Shown here piece after piece: positions 36,001 to 48,798 of a DNA stretch of 64,000 nt (positions are counted from its first letter, which is position 1; the number at the start of each line of letters is the position of its first letter). Below the pieces are notes generated by a model. That model searched no databases, had not been told where the DNA came from, and saw nothing but the letters and a program-made list of their open reading frames with translations. The stretch comes from Paraspadella gotoi (lineage: Eukaryota; Animalia; Chaetognatha): NCBI GenBank assembly GCA_051294375.1, contig CM119265.1, forward strand, positions 12,141,866 to 12,205,865. The letters are read 5' to 3'. A program made the position numbers and the translations under genes.

Positions 36001-36957
36001 GGGGTTCCAGCCTACAATGTGAAAGCGTCGTCCGTTTGTTTCAGCTTCGTCTTGATCTGCTTCATCGATTTGCCGACCGCAGCTACGTCTGGCAAGTTGA
36101 TCGATGACCTCGGCGGCGCTGGCGCCGCAGACGTAGCAGGAACGCACGGAATGGGAGGGGAACGGGTAGAGAAGTAGGCGGGTAAGGGAAAATAGACGGG
36201 AAAGTGGGGAGAGATGGAAAAGTGGTGGAGCGGAAAACGAGATGGTAGGAGAAGGCTTGGGTAAGGAAAAAGGAACAGAAGTCACGGAGGCGGGATCGGG
36301 CAGTTATCGAATGGAAAGAGCACGTCTCCGATGCAACAGATGCCGACGAAGTCGTCGTTGGTCGTTGATGACGATGCTATCCCTTGAAGAGACGACCGGC
36401 GCCGTTGACGTCACCGGAATGGGCGATCGAGGACGATCCTGTTGAGAAAAACACATACATAATATTCATATCAATATCATGATTCTCCAGGATATCACTC
36501 ATCGTCTTGTCCATTACGTCACCCATTACCCAGTCATGGGTAGTTTTACACACAAACTTTATCTTCTGCCGGACTTCAGATTTCACTTTAACACAAATCC
36601 TCTCTAAAGAAGCGATCATACCATCTCTCTCTTCCATCAACTTTTCCATTCTTTCTTCTCTCTCTCTCTCCACTCTCTCTCTCTCTCTGATGAGTCTTTC
36701 ATTGAGTTCCTCTAACTCAGCAACTCTCTCGTCTTTAGATTTCTCTCCACAATCATCTCTCTCATCGTCTACCGCCTTTTTCAAACTTTGAACGTATTCC
36801 TCATCCGTAGAGGAACCTTTTTGCAGGTCTTCGTCGATCCACCATGATGGTCGATGTCGATCCTTCTGCACCGCGCATCGATTCCTCGTTCAACAATGAT
36901 CGAGGAACGACTCTTTAGATCGTCCGCTGGTTTGAATTGCAATGGTCTCCCATTCGC

Positions 36958-37100
36958 CAATTGGTGCCGGAGGCAAGACATTCGCCTCCAACCCAAAGGT
37001 CTGGGGTTCTAGCCCGGTGGTCGTCTGGCAGTTAAGAGGGACGGGGCGCTTCACCCGCCTGTAACCTGGTGTTACAGCCTGATCCGAAGCTCAGGGACTG
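36958..37100 (+). repeat. tRNA-like repeat related to the LTRs at 10.1-10.7 kb
   Basis: TGGTGCCGGAGG...CTCCAACCCAAAGGTC...GGTTCTAGCCC and downstream CCTGTAAC...TACAGCCTGATCCGAAG resemble the - strand of ~10490-10632. Confidence 0.6.
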
Positions 37101-38851
37101 CTTATATTGAACGGTTCTGTCATTAACACTTATCAATAATTACTGTCTCTTCAACATTATGATTAAAACATGTTATCCTGAAAAAAAATATATGATTTAT
37201 AAATCTTAAAAAAACAATTTAGATATTTTAGCTCTTCAACACCTTCACCTAAATATGATAATATAAAATCTTGGGTTACTTTTACTTACGCTGACCGGGG
37301 TTAGAGAGGGGTTAGGGTTAAGGGAGATTTAGGGATGGTTTAGGGTTAGGGGTGGATAGGGTAATTAAATAATATTTTTTTAAAATTTTTTTAAAAAAAT
37401 AAATATTTTTAAATAATTTTTCAAAAGCCGCAATAACCGCGGTTGGCGAAAGTCAAATTTAGCCAAAATCTTTTTCTTAAATAAATAACTAACGTTCAAG
37501 CGTCCCCCGTCCAAAAATGAGTTGACAAGAGTTTCAAAATGTATGTTTAATGAGAGAAAATAGGAAAAAAACATGGTTTAGAAACTCATAGAAACAAGTT
37601 TCAGACGGTGATGAAAACGAATGAAAGCAGAACCGTTCCTTAGTAAAACATTGATTCAACCTCAGCAAAAATTAATGTATAGAGAGAAATTTATACTTTT
37701 CTGGTCACAAGTGATAGGAGAAGAGGAGGCTAGATATTCTTCACTTTCTCATTCAAAAATCGTAAATTTTAGATAAAAAAAATGGAATGAAATTACATTA
37801 CGGATTTCCCATTTAATATTTTAAGAATCCAGATTTTTTTCCTTTATCAAAATTGAGGAGTAACTTTGCTATCTCCTTCTTGTTGTGAACTCCATAAAAG
37901 AGTCAATAATTTTTATTGATCGAAGTAGTGATTTTTAAAAAATTCTTGTTTTGTTGGATATCAGGGTAAGTTAAAATTAAGACCTTAAAATACTGGTTGA
38001 AAATTGACTAAAAGGGTTATGATGCGATTTTTTTTCACAAAGTTAAAGACTTATCTGAATGTTGACTCAATAGTTATAAAAGGTTTTCTTGTAATAATTA
38101 TGAACTTGTTTATTATTTTCTATGCTCGTTTGATTTGTCGGTCGTAGGTTGAACTAAATCTTGAATGACGTAAATGTTGAATAAATGACGAATAAATCGT
38201 AAATAAGTTAACAGAAGATACACTCGACGATCTTTTGGTGTGGAGACAATGGAGTTGGCGTGGCAGATGATGGAGTTGGCGTTGCAGACGATGGAGTCGG
38301 TGCTGGAGTTGATGCAAGAGACAGTGCTGCAGACGGTGATGGAGACGAAGGAGACAATTAAGATGTTGGCGAAGAAGACGGCGATATTGATGTAATAAGC
38401 GGCGTCGCAAAGGCAACCTTTCTTCTCCTCGGAGATTTTGTTTTTTCGTTAGAGAAGACGCGAAGGGCGATGAAACGTCGTCGATCTGAGCTGGAGATTT
38501 CTCGATCAATGGAGATTATGTTCCAGTTGACGAATTCGATCATAAAGAGGAGAAATCGCTAGAGCTACGGAGAAAACAATGAGCGGCGCTATTGCATCAC
38601 GCATAAAATGGGGTATATTTTTTCGCAATCGAGTAAACAAAAATATTTCGGAATCTTCTTTACCGTTTTTTTAAATTTTAAATTTTTTTCCTTAATTTTT
38701 TTTTCCAAACAATTAATTCCTAATTACTATTGCATAAAAAGGTTTTTATTAAATAATTCATACAAAATATCGAAATTGGTTTATTTTATTAAACATTTCA
38801 TTCGAAATTCAAATCATTTTGATGGTAAGAAAAAGTAAGTAAGAATAAGGA

Positions 38852-38986
38852 GAGAGAGAAAGAGAGACAGAAAAGGTTAAAGTTTCCAACAAAGAATTGA
38901 GACAGATTAGTGGTCAGTATAGAGGACAGATTTAGTTTAGGCTAGATTGAATAAGTGGTGAAAAGAAGTGAAATTTGGTGAAAGAT

Positions 38987-39026
<40 letters not shown>

Positions 39027-39297
39027 CAATTACATTTGAGCAATGTACAATAAAGATAAAATTAAAGAAACTCTCTCTCTCACCTTTCACCAAATTTCAC
39101 TTCTTTTCACCACTTATTCAATCTAGCCTAAACTAAATCTGTCCTCTACACTGACCACTAATCTGTCTCAATTCTTTGTTGGAAACTTTAACCTTTCTGT
39201 CTCTCTCTCTCTTTCTTTAACTCACAAATTATACCATTATTCACAACTGTCAATAAGCGCTGATGAAGACTCGAAAATCTCAGAGTCGAAACATTTC
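38852..39297 (+). mobile_element. PLE pLTR-like repeat with an inverted duplicate and a hammerhead motif
   Basis: ~38852-39000 is inverted at ~39071-39215. Core CTGATGA-A-GACTC-GAAAATCTCA-GAGTC-GAAAC at 39260-39292. Similar to ~27420-27705. Confidence 0.7.
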
Positions 39298-39920
39298 TAA
39301 TAACAAAATCGTTGTAACAATTCAAAAATTCTTTGTAAATACTAATCATATTAATTATTATAATTAGAATATTTGTTTATTTATATCTTTTCCAAAAAAA
39401 TATAAATTTTAAGAGTTACTAACTGTATGTACAAATAAATATTACTGTTGAGATAAGACAATGCATATTTTAATTTATTTGCCAATATTTCAATTTATAT
39501 TGAGAAATCATTTGTCCTTTAATCTCATTTGCATATTATAGTGCGGTTAAACTTTAAAACGTAAATATTCAATAATGCGCTTTACATTTAAAAAAAATTA
39601 ACTTCATATACATATTTAAGTACATGGAAGGTACAGGAATCACAGACAAGCAAGGCCTAACTCGGAAATCGATCCGGCCTACTGAATAGTGAGGACCGAC
39701 GTAAGCACGAAGGATGAGATTATCCGAAACGATAAATGCTCGTGACAAAGTAAAGTCCGAAAAAATTGATATCATCATCTTCAAGTCGTTAAAAGTTGTG
39801 AACTTTAATTTAGACAATAAAAAACTCCTAAATGTTTAAAAAAATTATTTACGCGCTTTAAAATAGAGAAAATTTGAAAAAAAATAGCGGGATGCGGCCC
39901 GGGCAGGTGATTCCTGCTCG

Positions 39921-39952
39921 GTCACGTGACTATTGAAATCAGCTCCGATTGG
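39921..39952. promoter_or_regulatory. Palindromic E-box (GTCACGTGAC) plus CCAAT box
   Basis: Perfect 10-bp USF/MiT-TFE-type E-box with GATTGG ~17 bp away in a locally GC-rich patch. Target gene not identified. Confidence 0.3.
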
Positions 39953-41037
39953 TTCGTTAATTTTCTAGGTTAAAAAAAACGGGATACCGAAAGAGGGCGC
40001 TTTAGTAAATCGGGGATGGGACATCCCTCATATCCTTCCTGGGGGAGAGACGATCCACCGGGAGAGAGGGAGAGAAACAAGGAAGTGCGAGAGAGAGGGA
40101 GTCATTGGAGATGGGATAGACGGGGAAAAAGTTGATACATGATCTTTGATTATTCGATTTCAAGCGATTGTCTAATGTTGATTAATTATCTTTTCAATTT
40201 TCAGATTATTATTTCCATTTCGTTGTCGTCCTTTATAAGGCGTTTCTCGAAATTCGTCTACGGGCGAGGCAATCTTTCCCAGCGCCATCTACTCAGCTCG
40301 GCACTACTCCATATTAGTGCTCACGGTGCCCCCTCCCACCCACCTGGGCTTTGCATTCCTTTGTAACGATGCGCCTCCTAGAGTTAGCATTTCTCCTTCA
40401 CGCGTCTTCTTGTCCTTTCGATTCAAAAACCGAAAAAATCTTAAGAGTTCCAAGTTTTTTTTATCTTTCTTTCGCTTTGCATTTCCCCTTTTTACCTACT
40501 TTTTAGGACACGCTCTCTCTCTCTTCCTCCTCCCCGGGAAGCGTCGCAATGAACGGGCGCCATAGCAACGTTTTTCGCGTCAATGGAAGACGTAACGCGA
40601 ATCGTCGGCCTTGTGACTCCTTTTTTTGGGTCCGGGACGTGTCGCTGTTGTGGTCGTTAATGCGTTCTTCGTTCGGGTCATGGTCGTCAACTCTTTCGTC
40701 GTCTTGGTCGTTGACTCGATGTCTCAGTGAGTCTTTCCCTTTACATACATATATATATATAGTTTTTAGTGTTTAAAATAGATAGTAATATTGTCGTGTT
40801 CGGCATGGTCTCTCGTCGTCGTTGACGTCGTCCCGCTTTTTTTTCGCTCCTTCGTCCTTTTCGTAAAAAAAAACCCAACCTGGAGTTTGTCTAAACCAAT
40901 TAAAATTGTAAAAAAAGTGAATGCACCAATCAACAAAGTTTTGAGGATTAGCTCTTTTATTTCTTTTCCTCTCCAGTCCCCACAACCTCCTTGTCTTCGA
41001 TTGGAGAAATAAAAAAGACAAAAATCTTGTTTTTCTG

Positions 41038-44000
41038 TCAAACGCCTGTGGATTTCACACCGAGAGAGAGAGAGAGAATGTCCGGTAAATAATTTCCCAT
41101 CCAATCATCCCCTCTTCGACGAAACCAATGAGAGGCGGACAGTGTTGTCTCCAAAGTCAACGCAGGTCCGACTAAAAATATGAGGTGTTGGTTACGCACG
41201 GTTCTTTTTATAGGAGGAAAAAGAAAATGGAAATATACCATCTCTGGAATGATAAAAACCTGAAAGGTTGCTGTCTGGACAAGAGCTTAGGCTAAGTCAA
41301 AAAATTTTTCCAAACTCAGTTTTTTTTTAAATTGCAGTTGAAGTTGGTTAGTTAATTTTTGAGAAAATTTGATAACCTTTGTACTAATTTTGCAAAATAT
41401 AGACTCAATTCAAACATCTATATGTCAAACGATATCAGTAAACCGAGAGCTTTAATTTAAGACCACTCCCAACTTTCTCCAACTTTTGGTGAAAAAGTTA
41501 TTAATCAAAATATATTATTTTTTCTTTAAAAAAGTAATGAAATGGTGAGTATTATTGAGAAATATAATAAGACTTTAATCTAAAAAATTGAGGATACCAA
41601 AAGTTCTATAGACAGTCTTCTTTCAATTAATTCATAAATAAAATTTTTCTTCAAGCTTAAATATAGGTACATCATCCCCCCAAAAATTTTAAAAAATATA
41701 AATTAATTTTTTAAATAATTTACCATAATGATTTTATATAATTTTACTTAATATATATGGACTAGAAATTATAGGATGTGACCTTCATTTTGAGCCTATT
41801 GCCAACTCTTTACGATAAATATTTATTGAGATACTACCAAAAAAGCCCCAAAAATCTTTAAAAAACTTAATTTTTAATTTATTTAAGTCATATCTCAGTG
41901 CATATATAACGTATTTTAAGTCAAATGATTTTATTCAGCAGATTAAAGTGTAAGGCACATATTAAATTCCATTAGTTGTATTATTTTATCATAATTTAAT
42001 CAGGACATTTAATTTTCAGCCAATTTTTACCAAATTTACATATACTTTTGATTTTTACAGCAACAAAGTACTAAAACAGGTAAATAAAACTTGATGATAA
42101 AATCTGTAAGCCAAAAGACCTTAGAATTTATTATATAGGTTTAAAAATTTTTCTCAAAGATTTAATAATATAATGACAATAAAAAAATTAAAAAAATTAT
42201 AAGGAATGTAAAATTTAAGTATTTTCAAAAATAAACAATTTTATTTACATACGTCAAAAAAACAATGCAAAAATAATAAACGATTAAAATTAGAAATAGA
42301 AAACACGGAGTCCATTATCCTTTCGTCGTCGTCGTCGTCGTCTACGTCGTCCTCCCCCTCTGACGTCGACTTCATTCAAAGGCGATCTACATTCAACCCA
42401 CGTCTTTCTTTCCTCTCTGATGGCGAAAGCATTGATTTTTTCCGAATAACCAACCTTCTTTTTCTTCTTTTTCATCCTCTCTCTCTTTTTCTCTCCCTCT
42501 CTCTCTCTTTCTCCTCTTTGCCTACTTTGCCTACTTAATGGTTGATCTTTAATCGCCTCTGATTAAATCAATATAGTCACGTCATCAACGCTTAATAATT
42601 AATTCATAAAAACGGAGTTAATCATTGTTAGATAAAATGTGTTCCGCAGCAACAAAGGCGGATTTAATTAAATATCATCGCCAGAGCTTGAATAATACTA
42701 TTTCTCAACGCCAACGCCAATTTTTTTTTCTTTAAATTTTCACATCGGCGACGATGGAACAATGTTTATTTTTCCGTGTCATTTTTCTCAGACAGACGTG
42801 TCCACGGATTTTTTATGATTAATCCCGCCATTGTAGCGAGGCGGACCGGAAGAGGCGGAAACTGAAAGAGCGAAAAAAAAAGTGAAATGTGGTGGAATTA
42901 ATTAGTCAGGATTAAAGAAGGCTTAAAAAGTAGTTTTCCTGTGCGACAGCCGCTTGGTAACTGGCTAAAGGAACTCTCAATCATTCTTATCTGTTAACCA
43001 TGAACGTACTTACAAAGATGAAAAAATAAATAAATAATATGATTAATATGAATTTCCCTTCGTTCTTTATTTTTCTCTTTTCTTTTTTCTATATATTCGA
43101 CTAAAAGAGAACCACGGGTTTTTTTTTCTCTGCCCGGGCTTTTTCCTTTTTTTTTCAATGCTACAGGACATTGACGTTATTCCGCTTTTCAATTTTCACA
43201 CCATCTCTCTCTTGTCAGTCTTTTCCTCACAACTTTTTTTCATTTTCCTTTAGTTTTTTTTTCTCCTTCCTGCGATAAATTAACTTTTCTTTTCTTCTCT
43301 TTTCTTCAGCGAATAATTTTTTTCCTTTCCTTTCACTCTCTCCTTATTTCTCTCCTACCATTTTTTTCATTATTACTCTCCTCTCAAACTCGTGCTCTTC
43401 TTTTTCTCTTTCCTTTCCCTATTCTTTTCTCCCTTCCTCCCTTTTCTCCCTTTCCTCTCTTCCTTCCCCCCTTCCCTCTCTTCCTTCCCCCCTTCCTTCC
43501 TGCCTTGCCCTGCTCACCTATCGACTCTGGACTGTCCCTCCTCGCGCTCCTCGCCTCCTCCTCCGTCCACTTTTTGTAGGCGGCTTCGATGAGCGCCTCG
43601 GCGGTGATGAGTCCGATGTTCCTGGAGACGAGGAGCAGCACGAGTCGCCCGTCGAGGCCGAGGTGGTCGAGGAAGCGGCGATCCTGGATCCCGTGAAAGA
43701 GGGCGTCGTGGTCGTCGAGGGCGAGGAGGTAGATCCAGTGGATCATGGAGACGATGGTGAAGATCGTGAGGAGGAGGAAGAGGGAGGCGATGACTGTGTG
43801 GAAGAGGAAGAGAATGAGGAGGAAACGATGAGGTCGAACAAAAGAACATTTTGGATTTAGAATGTTGTGTATAGACTTTTGATTTAGAATGTTAAACATA
43901 GTGAATATTCAGATTTTTATTAGGTTTGAAACTAAGAGTACAAAACAAGGACACAAATCTGAATCTAAAGCAAGAAAGAAATAAAAATTATAATTAAAGA

Positions 44001-47000
44001 AATAAAATACAAATAATTAGTTACAATTAGTTTATTGTTAGTAAACTTAAACTGTTGTTGATCCTAAAACATTGAAAGTGATGATATAACTGTAATAGGC
44101 GAAAATTGGAAGACAGCCGATCGAGTATATCCTGACAAAAATCTTTTTTCATTTCATCAAATCCTTCCTTTTTTTTATTCTTTCACCCATTTTCTTTTTC
44201 TTTTCCCTTAATTTTTTTTTCTATCGTTCTTTTATTTCTTTTCTTCTTTCCTAATTTCAATCCTCGAAAGGCGAAACTCCTGAGCCAAAACCGGGAAGAA
44301 GAGTTAGTTAAGTCAAAAAAATTCATGTTTTCCCTCTCAATTAACTTTTGCGATGTCGCTCTTTTCGCTGTCGATGTCGCTCTTTCCTTTCATATTACTA
44401 ACTAAGTTTCTAACTTTCCCTTTTTTTACTCAGATAAACTGACCTCCGTAGATTTTGTCGTTGTAGAGATTTATTGGCAGAACACAGTGGGTGGTGTGGT
44501 GGACGAGGTAGTTGTTCATCTGGGGAATTCCCTTGTACTCGCAGATGGTGCGGATGGGGAATCGAATGGAGGATGACCACTGGAGATCTGGACAATGGAG
44601 TGAGTACAATGGAACCGCTTGTTCAATCTTCGGAAGATTAAAAATTTAATTCATTTTTTTCTTAACTTTTTAAATCTTTAAATTTTTTAATCTTGTCACT
44701 GTGCACAGATTTCGTGGAATGTGAAAGCGTAAGGAAGTTTGAAACTTTTTTTACTTTTTTAAATATTATTTTAGAATAAATGAGGTTCCAAAAAGTTCGT
44801 TACAAAACTAAAATAAAAATAATAAAAAATCAGCGACTCACTAAAGATAAATTCGTTGAAAAGATCGACGCCGTGGGTGACGATGGACGTTTGAAGGAAT
44901 TGATGAAGGCAGCCCAGTTGGAAGCCCACGTTGGCGAGATAAAGGATTTTACTGTGGAAGAAAATAATAATTATATTTTACTACATTACTAAATGTACTA
45001 CATATCGTCTTAATGAGGTAAGACATTTGCTGAATGGAAATAATTATTCCCTTTTTTTTTCCCGCTAAAACAAAAGTAAATATTTTGTTGCCTTCGGCTT
45101 CGGATTTAAAAAAAAAATGGTTTACGCATGAAGGATATTTACTATTTATTATTTAGAGATTCTTACGAAACGAGGAGAGATGAATTGGAAAAGAATGGGG
45201 TGATATGCAGCAAAAGAGTTGACAGAGAGAAACGGAATTTCGTCAGTCACGAAAAGGAAAAGACGAGAATAGTGGAACTAATTAATATAAAAAGGCAAGA
45301 GACAAAAAAATAAGTTGAGAGAATAATTTTAAAAAATGTAAAGACAAGTAGATGGAATGCCTGAAGACTAAACTTTAATAAAGGGCGTGGAGAAGAAAAA
45401 ATATTAAAAGAAGCGAACAGGAATAATTTTCGCGATTCCAATTTGCTTTGCAAATTTCCGATGGATGGTGAAACGATTACCGCTCCCTTTCTTTTTTTTT
45501 TTAAGAAGAGAAGAGAAAGTAAAATTAGGATTTGCATCGAAGACCGCGAATTAAAAAACATTTTTTTTTCTCTCTCTCTCTCTCTGTGACAGGTTTAATA
45601 ATTTTATCAAGGGTTAGGAGAAGGAATTAAAATAATAAAAAAAAAACAAAAAAAATCGATTATAATAATATTTATATTTATTGTACCAATTTCATTATAT
45701 TTTTATAAACTTCAGTTGTTTCTGCAATTAACCCCCCCTTTTTCGTGAGCCGCTGACCAAACGAGTCGTGGCGCCGTTGAGTGACCCTGAGAGGCCCTAC
45801 TCTTTTTTTAGACTTCTATAGTCTATACTTTTATTCAAGGATGAAAAAATAAATCGTTTGACAGGTTAACTGAGAAGAGGGCATCTAAAAATATCCATGT
45901 TAATTAACAAAAATAATTTCGTTCATCTCCGTCTTATTACTAAGTTTCTTCTTCTTAAGTTTCACCTTTGACCCCCAAACTTGAGAACATATCGTACTAG
46001 GAATTTTCTCCCTTCCATTTTCTTTCAAATATGATATTCAGAATTACGTCGGTTAAAGGCGGCGCTGCGCCGGCTTCGAGGCGGATTATTTAAATATGGC
46101 GTTTTGAGGGGAGGGAGCTGCGTGGCAAACGAGAAAGAATAGAGTGAAAGAAGCGAGAAAGTGAACGACAGAAATGAAATTATGCAGTGCGTTCGCTATT
46201 TCTTTACTGTTTAAAAGAAAATTTAAATATAGTTATGTCATGTTATGTTAAGTTATGAAATTTGTATTACCATTTTTAAAAAAATGTTATGTTTATCTGT
46301 TGAATTAAATCTAAATTTTGTAAATTAAAATGTTTTAAATAAATAAATAAATAAATTAAATGAATCAAATATACACCTGACGGCGAACCAGAGCACGAGA
46401 CTGGGAACCCGAGGAACAAAAGACAATCGTTTATTCTGCTTGAGAAATCCGTGGAAGATGATCGCGACGTCGGTCAGATAAAATCGACGAGCGTTTCCGT
46501 TCTTCTGCACGAAAGATAAGTCTCTCGCGCCTAAGAAGACAAAATAAATATTAATCAATGTTACAAATATTATTAATTAGATTTATTCATGTTTTATTTA
46601 TAAAAATATTCAATCATATCGCTGTACGTAAATGTACTACAAACGATTGTAATAAATTTTTGTTACAAATAACCATCATAGACAATTGTCAAAATTTAAA
46701 TCTGATTTTTTGCTAAACCTTTAAGTAGCAGCGGTAAGTGAAGCCCGGAGACTTTGCTTATGTTCCTCCAAAAGAGGTAAGGAATGTAGAAGAGTATGGC
46801 TTGAAGGCAAAGCACCATGGGAACCCATTGATAGTAAGAGACGAACATCATCGTGCCCTTAGTGTCTCCGTTGCGAGAACCTGAATCGGCAAATTGTTTA
46901 TTTGCGCTTATAACAGTGGAGAGTTATTTATAGAACACAGCTACACCATCGTGTCCGGAACCCCACCTATCATGGCTCCGTTATCCCCGGTCTGCTGGTA

Positions 47001-48380
47001 GTGCCGAAACGGATCGTAAGGGTTGTTGGCGTCGGGAAGGACTTGGTAAGTTGACGCCGCCCAACAGTAGGACTTGGCGTAGTCGCTCGGAGCGCCTGAA
47101 GGAGAAAAAAGGGTGAGGGTAAGGTCAATCAAACTGTCGAATAGAAAGAAGACGAATGGATGAGGGGTTTTTTTGTGTTTTTTTTACAGGCGCGCGTGCG
47201 GAGAAGAAACAGGCGGCGGCGAATGACAACTTGACAAATGGAGAAAAAACAACATGACAACTACATAAAAATTTTAAAAAATACGAGGAAACAAATTGAC
47301 AAAATAAACAAGCCGAGAGTTTATTTGTTCCGATGTTCGTTCCGTTGGTCACGGTTGACATTTGGCGATGGTAAAACAAGTTCGGAGAGGAGTGGACAAT
47401 CTGTCGTGACTCAATGAGGGGGGGTTTCAATCATATGGGGTTTAATTTTATTTTCGATATGAATATTTATTTACTTAATATTTTAAAAGAAAGAGAAATC
47501 AAAAGAGATAGCAGAATTGAGAGGTTATTAATGTAGTAAAAAGATTGAAAGAGAGGGATAGGACAGAGAAAGAGAGAGAGACAGACAGACTGACATTAAA
47601 ACAGACAGACTGAACAGGAGATACATCTTTTCTTTCTCCCGCCGCCCTTTATTCCCAACAAAAACAAGGCAGCGATGCCCAAAGGATGGCGCGAGCGGAA
47701 ACGAGGCGAAACTCTCCACCAACACAACAAACAAAACGACTCTTAGGACTCGCCTTTATCCGCGACGTAGCACTCGATTGATTTTCCCACATACTGCTTG
47801 GTTCCGATGATGAGGCAACACACCGCCAAGAAGAGCACCGTGAACGTCCTGCAGGATTAAAAAGGGGGGGTTAGAGGGGGGAGAGAATGAGGCGGAGGAA
47901 AAGCGAGTCAAACGTCAAAATAAGTCTCGATAAAGTGGATAGGGTAAAAAAAGAGACATTGGGACTCTGCTCTTCCGCTTACTGAGAATGTCCTGTCAAA
48001 ACAGTGGAGAGAAGGGAGAGAGAGAGATGCAGCGTTTTGTAACAGAAGTGTCTCTTTTACCACTTTGTCCCTCGACAAAAGCAAATAAACAAATATTTTT
48101 TAAAAACAAAAGAGAAAAAATGTTCTTATACTTATAGTTTATTCCTTTGACTTTGATAGATTGTCAGGTATGACCCAGGGGAAAAATAATAACTTATAAA
48201 ATTTTTAAATTTGAGTAAAATAAAAAAAAATATCATTGACATTGGTTTGTAGGCGAATTATAAACCTTTTGATAGAAATAAAATAATTTTAAAAATGAAC
48301 CTGTGCGCTCTGTCAAAGACATCGTCGATCTTCGAGTTTTCGTTGAACAATTTCGCTAGATCTTTCGTGACGAAAGACAT
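41038..48380 (-). CDS. Innexin B. Exons 48380-48301, 47848-47754, 47095-46967, 46880-46719, 46530-46377, 44951-44842, 44587-44444, 43793-43518; tentative tail exons 41274-41239 and 41171-41038
   Basis: 'DDVFDRAHR', 'KQYVGKSIECY', 'YAKSYCWAASTY', 'VSYYQWVPMVL', 'FPIRTICEY', 'CVLPINLYNDKIY' and 'LGLDGRLVL'. The last two exons (ending STGV*) are low confidence. Confidence 0.92.
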
Positions 48381-48798
48381 CGTTTCGCCTCGTTTTTGGT
48401 AATAGTGGTTTTTTGGGGTGTTTTTTGTTTATTGTTTTTGTTTTTTTGTTTTTATGAGCCAAAAATTTCTTTATATCTAAACAACAAAAACGATATAAAA
48501 CGATGCAAACGTACATCTAAAAATACTGATTTAAAAAAAACGTTCCATAATTTTTTTTCTTCTGTACACAATATTTAACTACATATGAGATGAAAGAGCG
48601 AAAGTCGTATTCACTTCGTAGCGAGATTCTCGTATTTGACGGGGAAGTATGAAGCCGAATCGATCCGCACGCTATGCGGATAGTTAAATGTTTCTTTTTA
48701 CAAATGTCGATGTCGTTAAGCAGTTAGGTTTAAGCGCGGGAACTGCGACCATTCCTCGATATAATTAAGCAAATTATCGGCCAACGGTGGATCCTCCG

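Noticed and set aside
37296-37345. Telomere-like TTAGGG tract
   Set aside because: Short and degenerate. It could form a G-quadruplex, but such tracts are common inside invertebrate repeats and there is no evidence of a chromosome end or fusion.
38200-38545. S/P/T-rich frame with 21-bp repeats and an RKVAF (RVxF-like) motif
   Set aside because: In-frame stop, low complexity and no splice context; cannot be supported as a gene.
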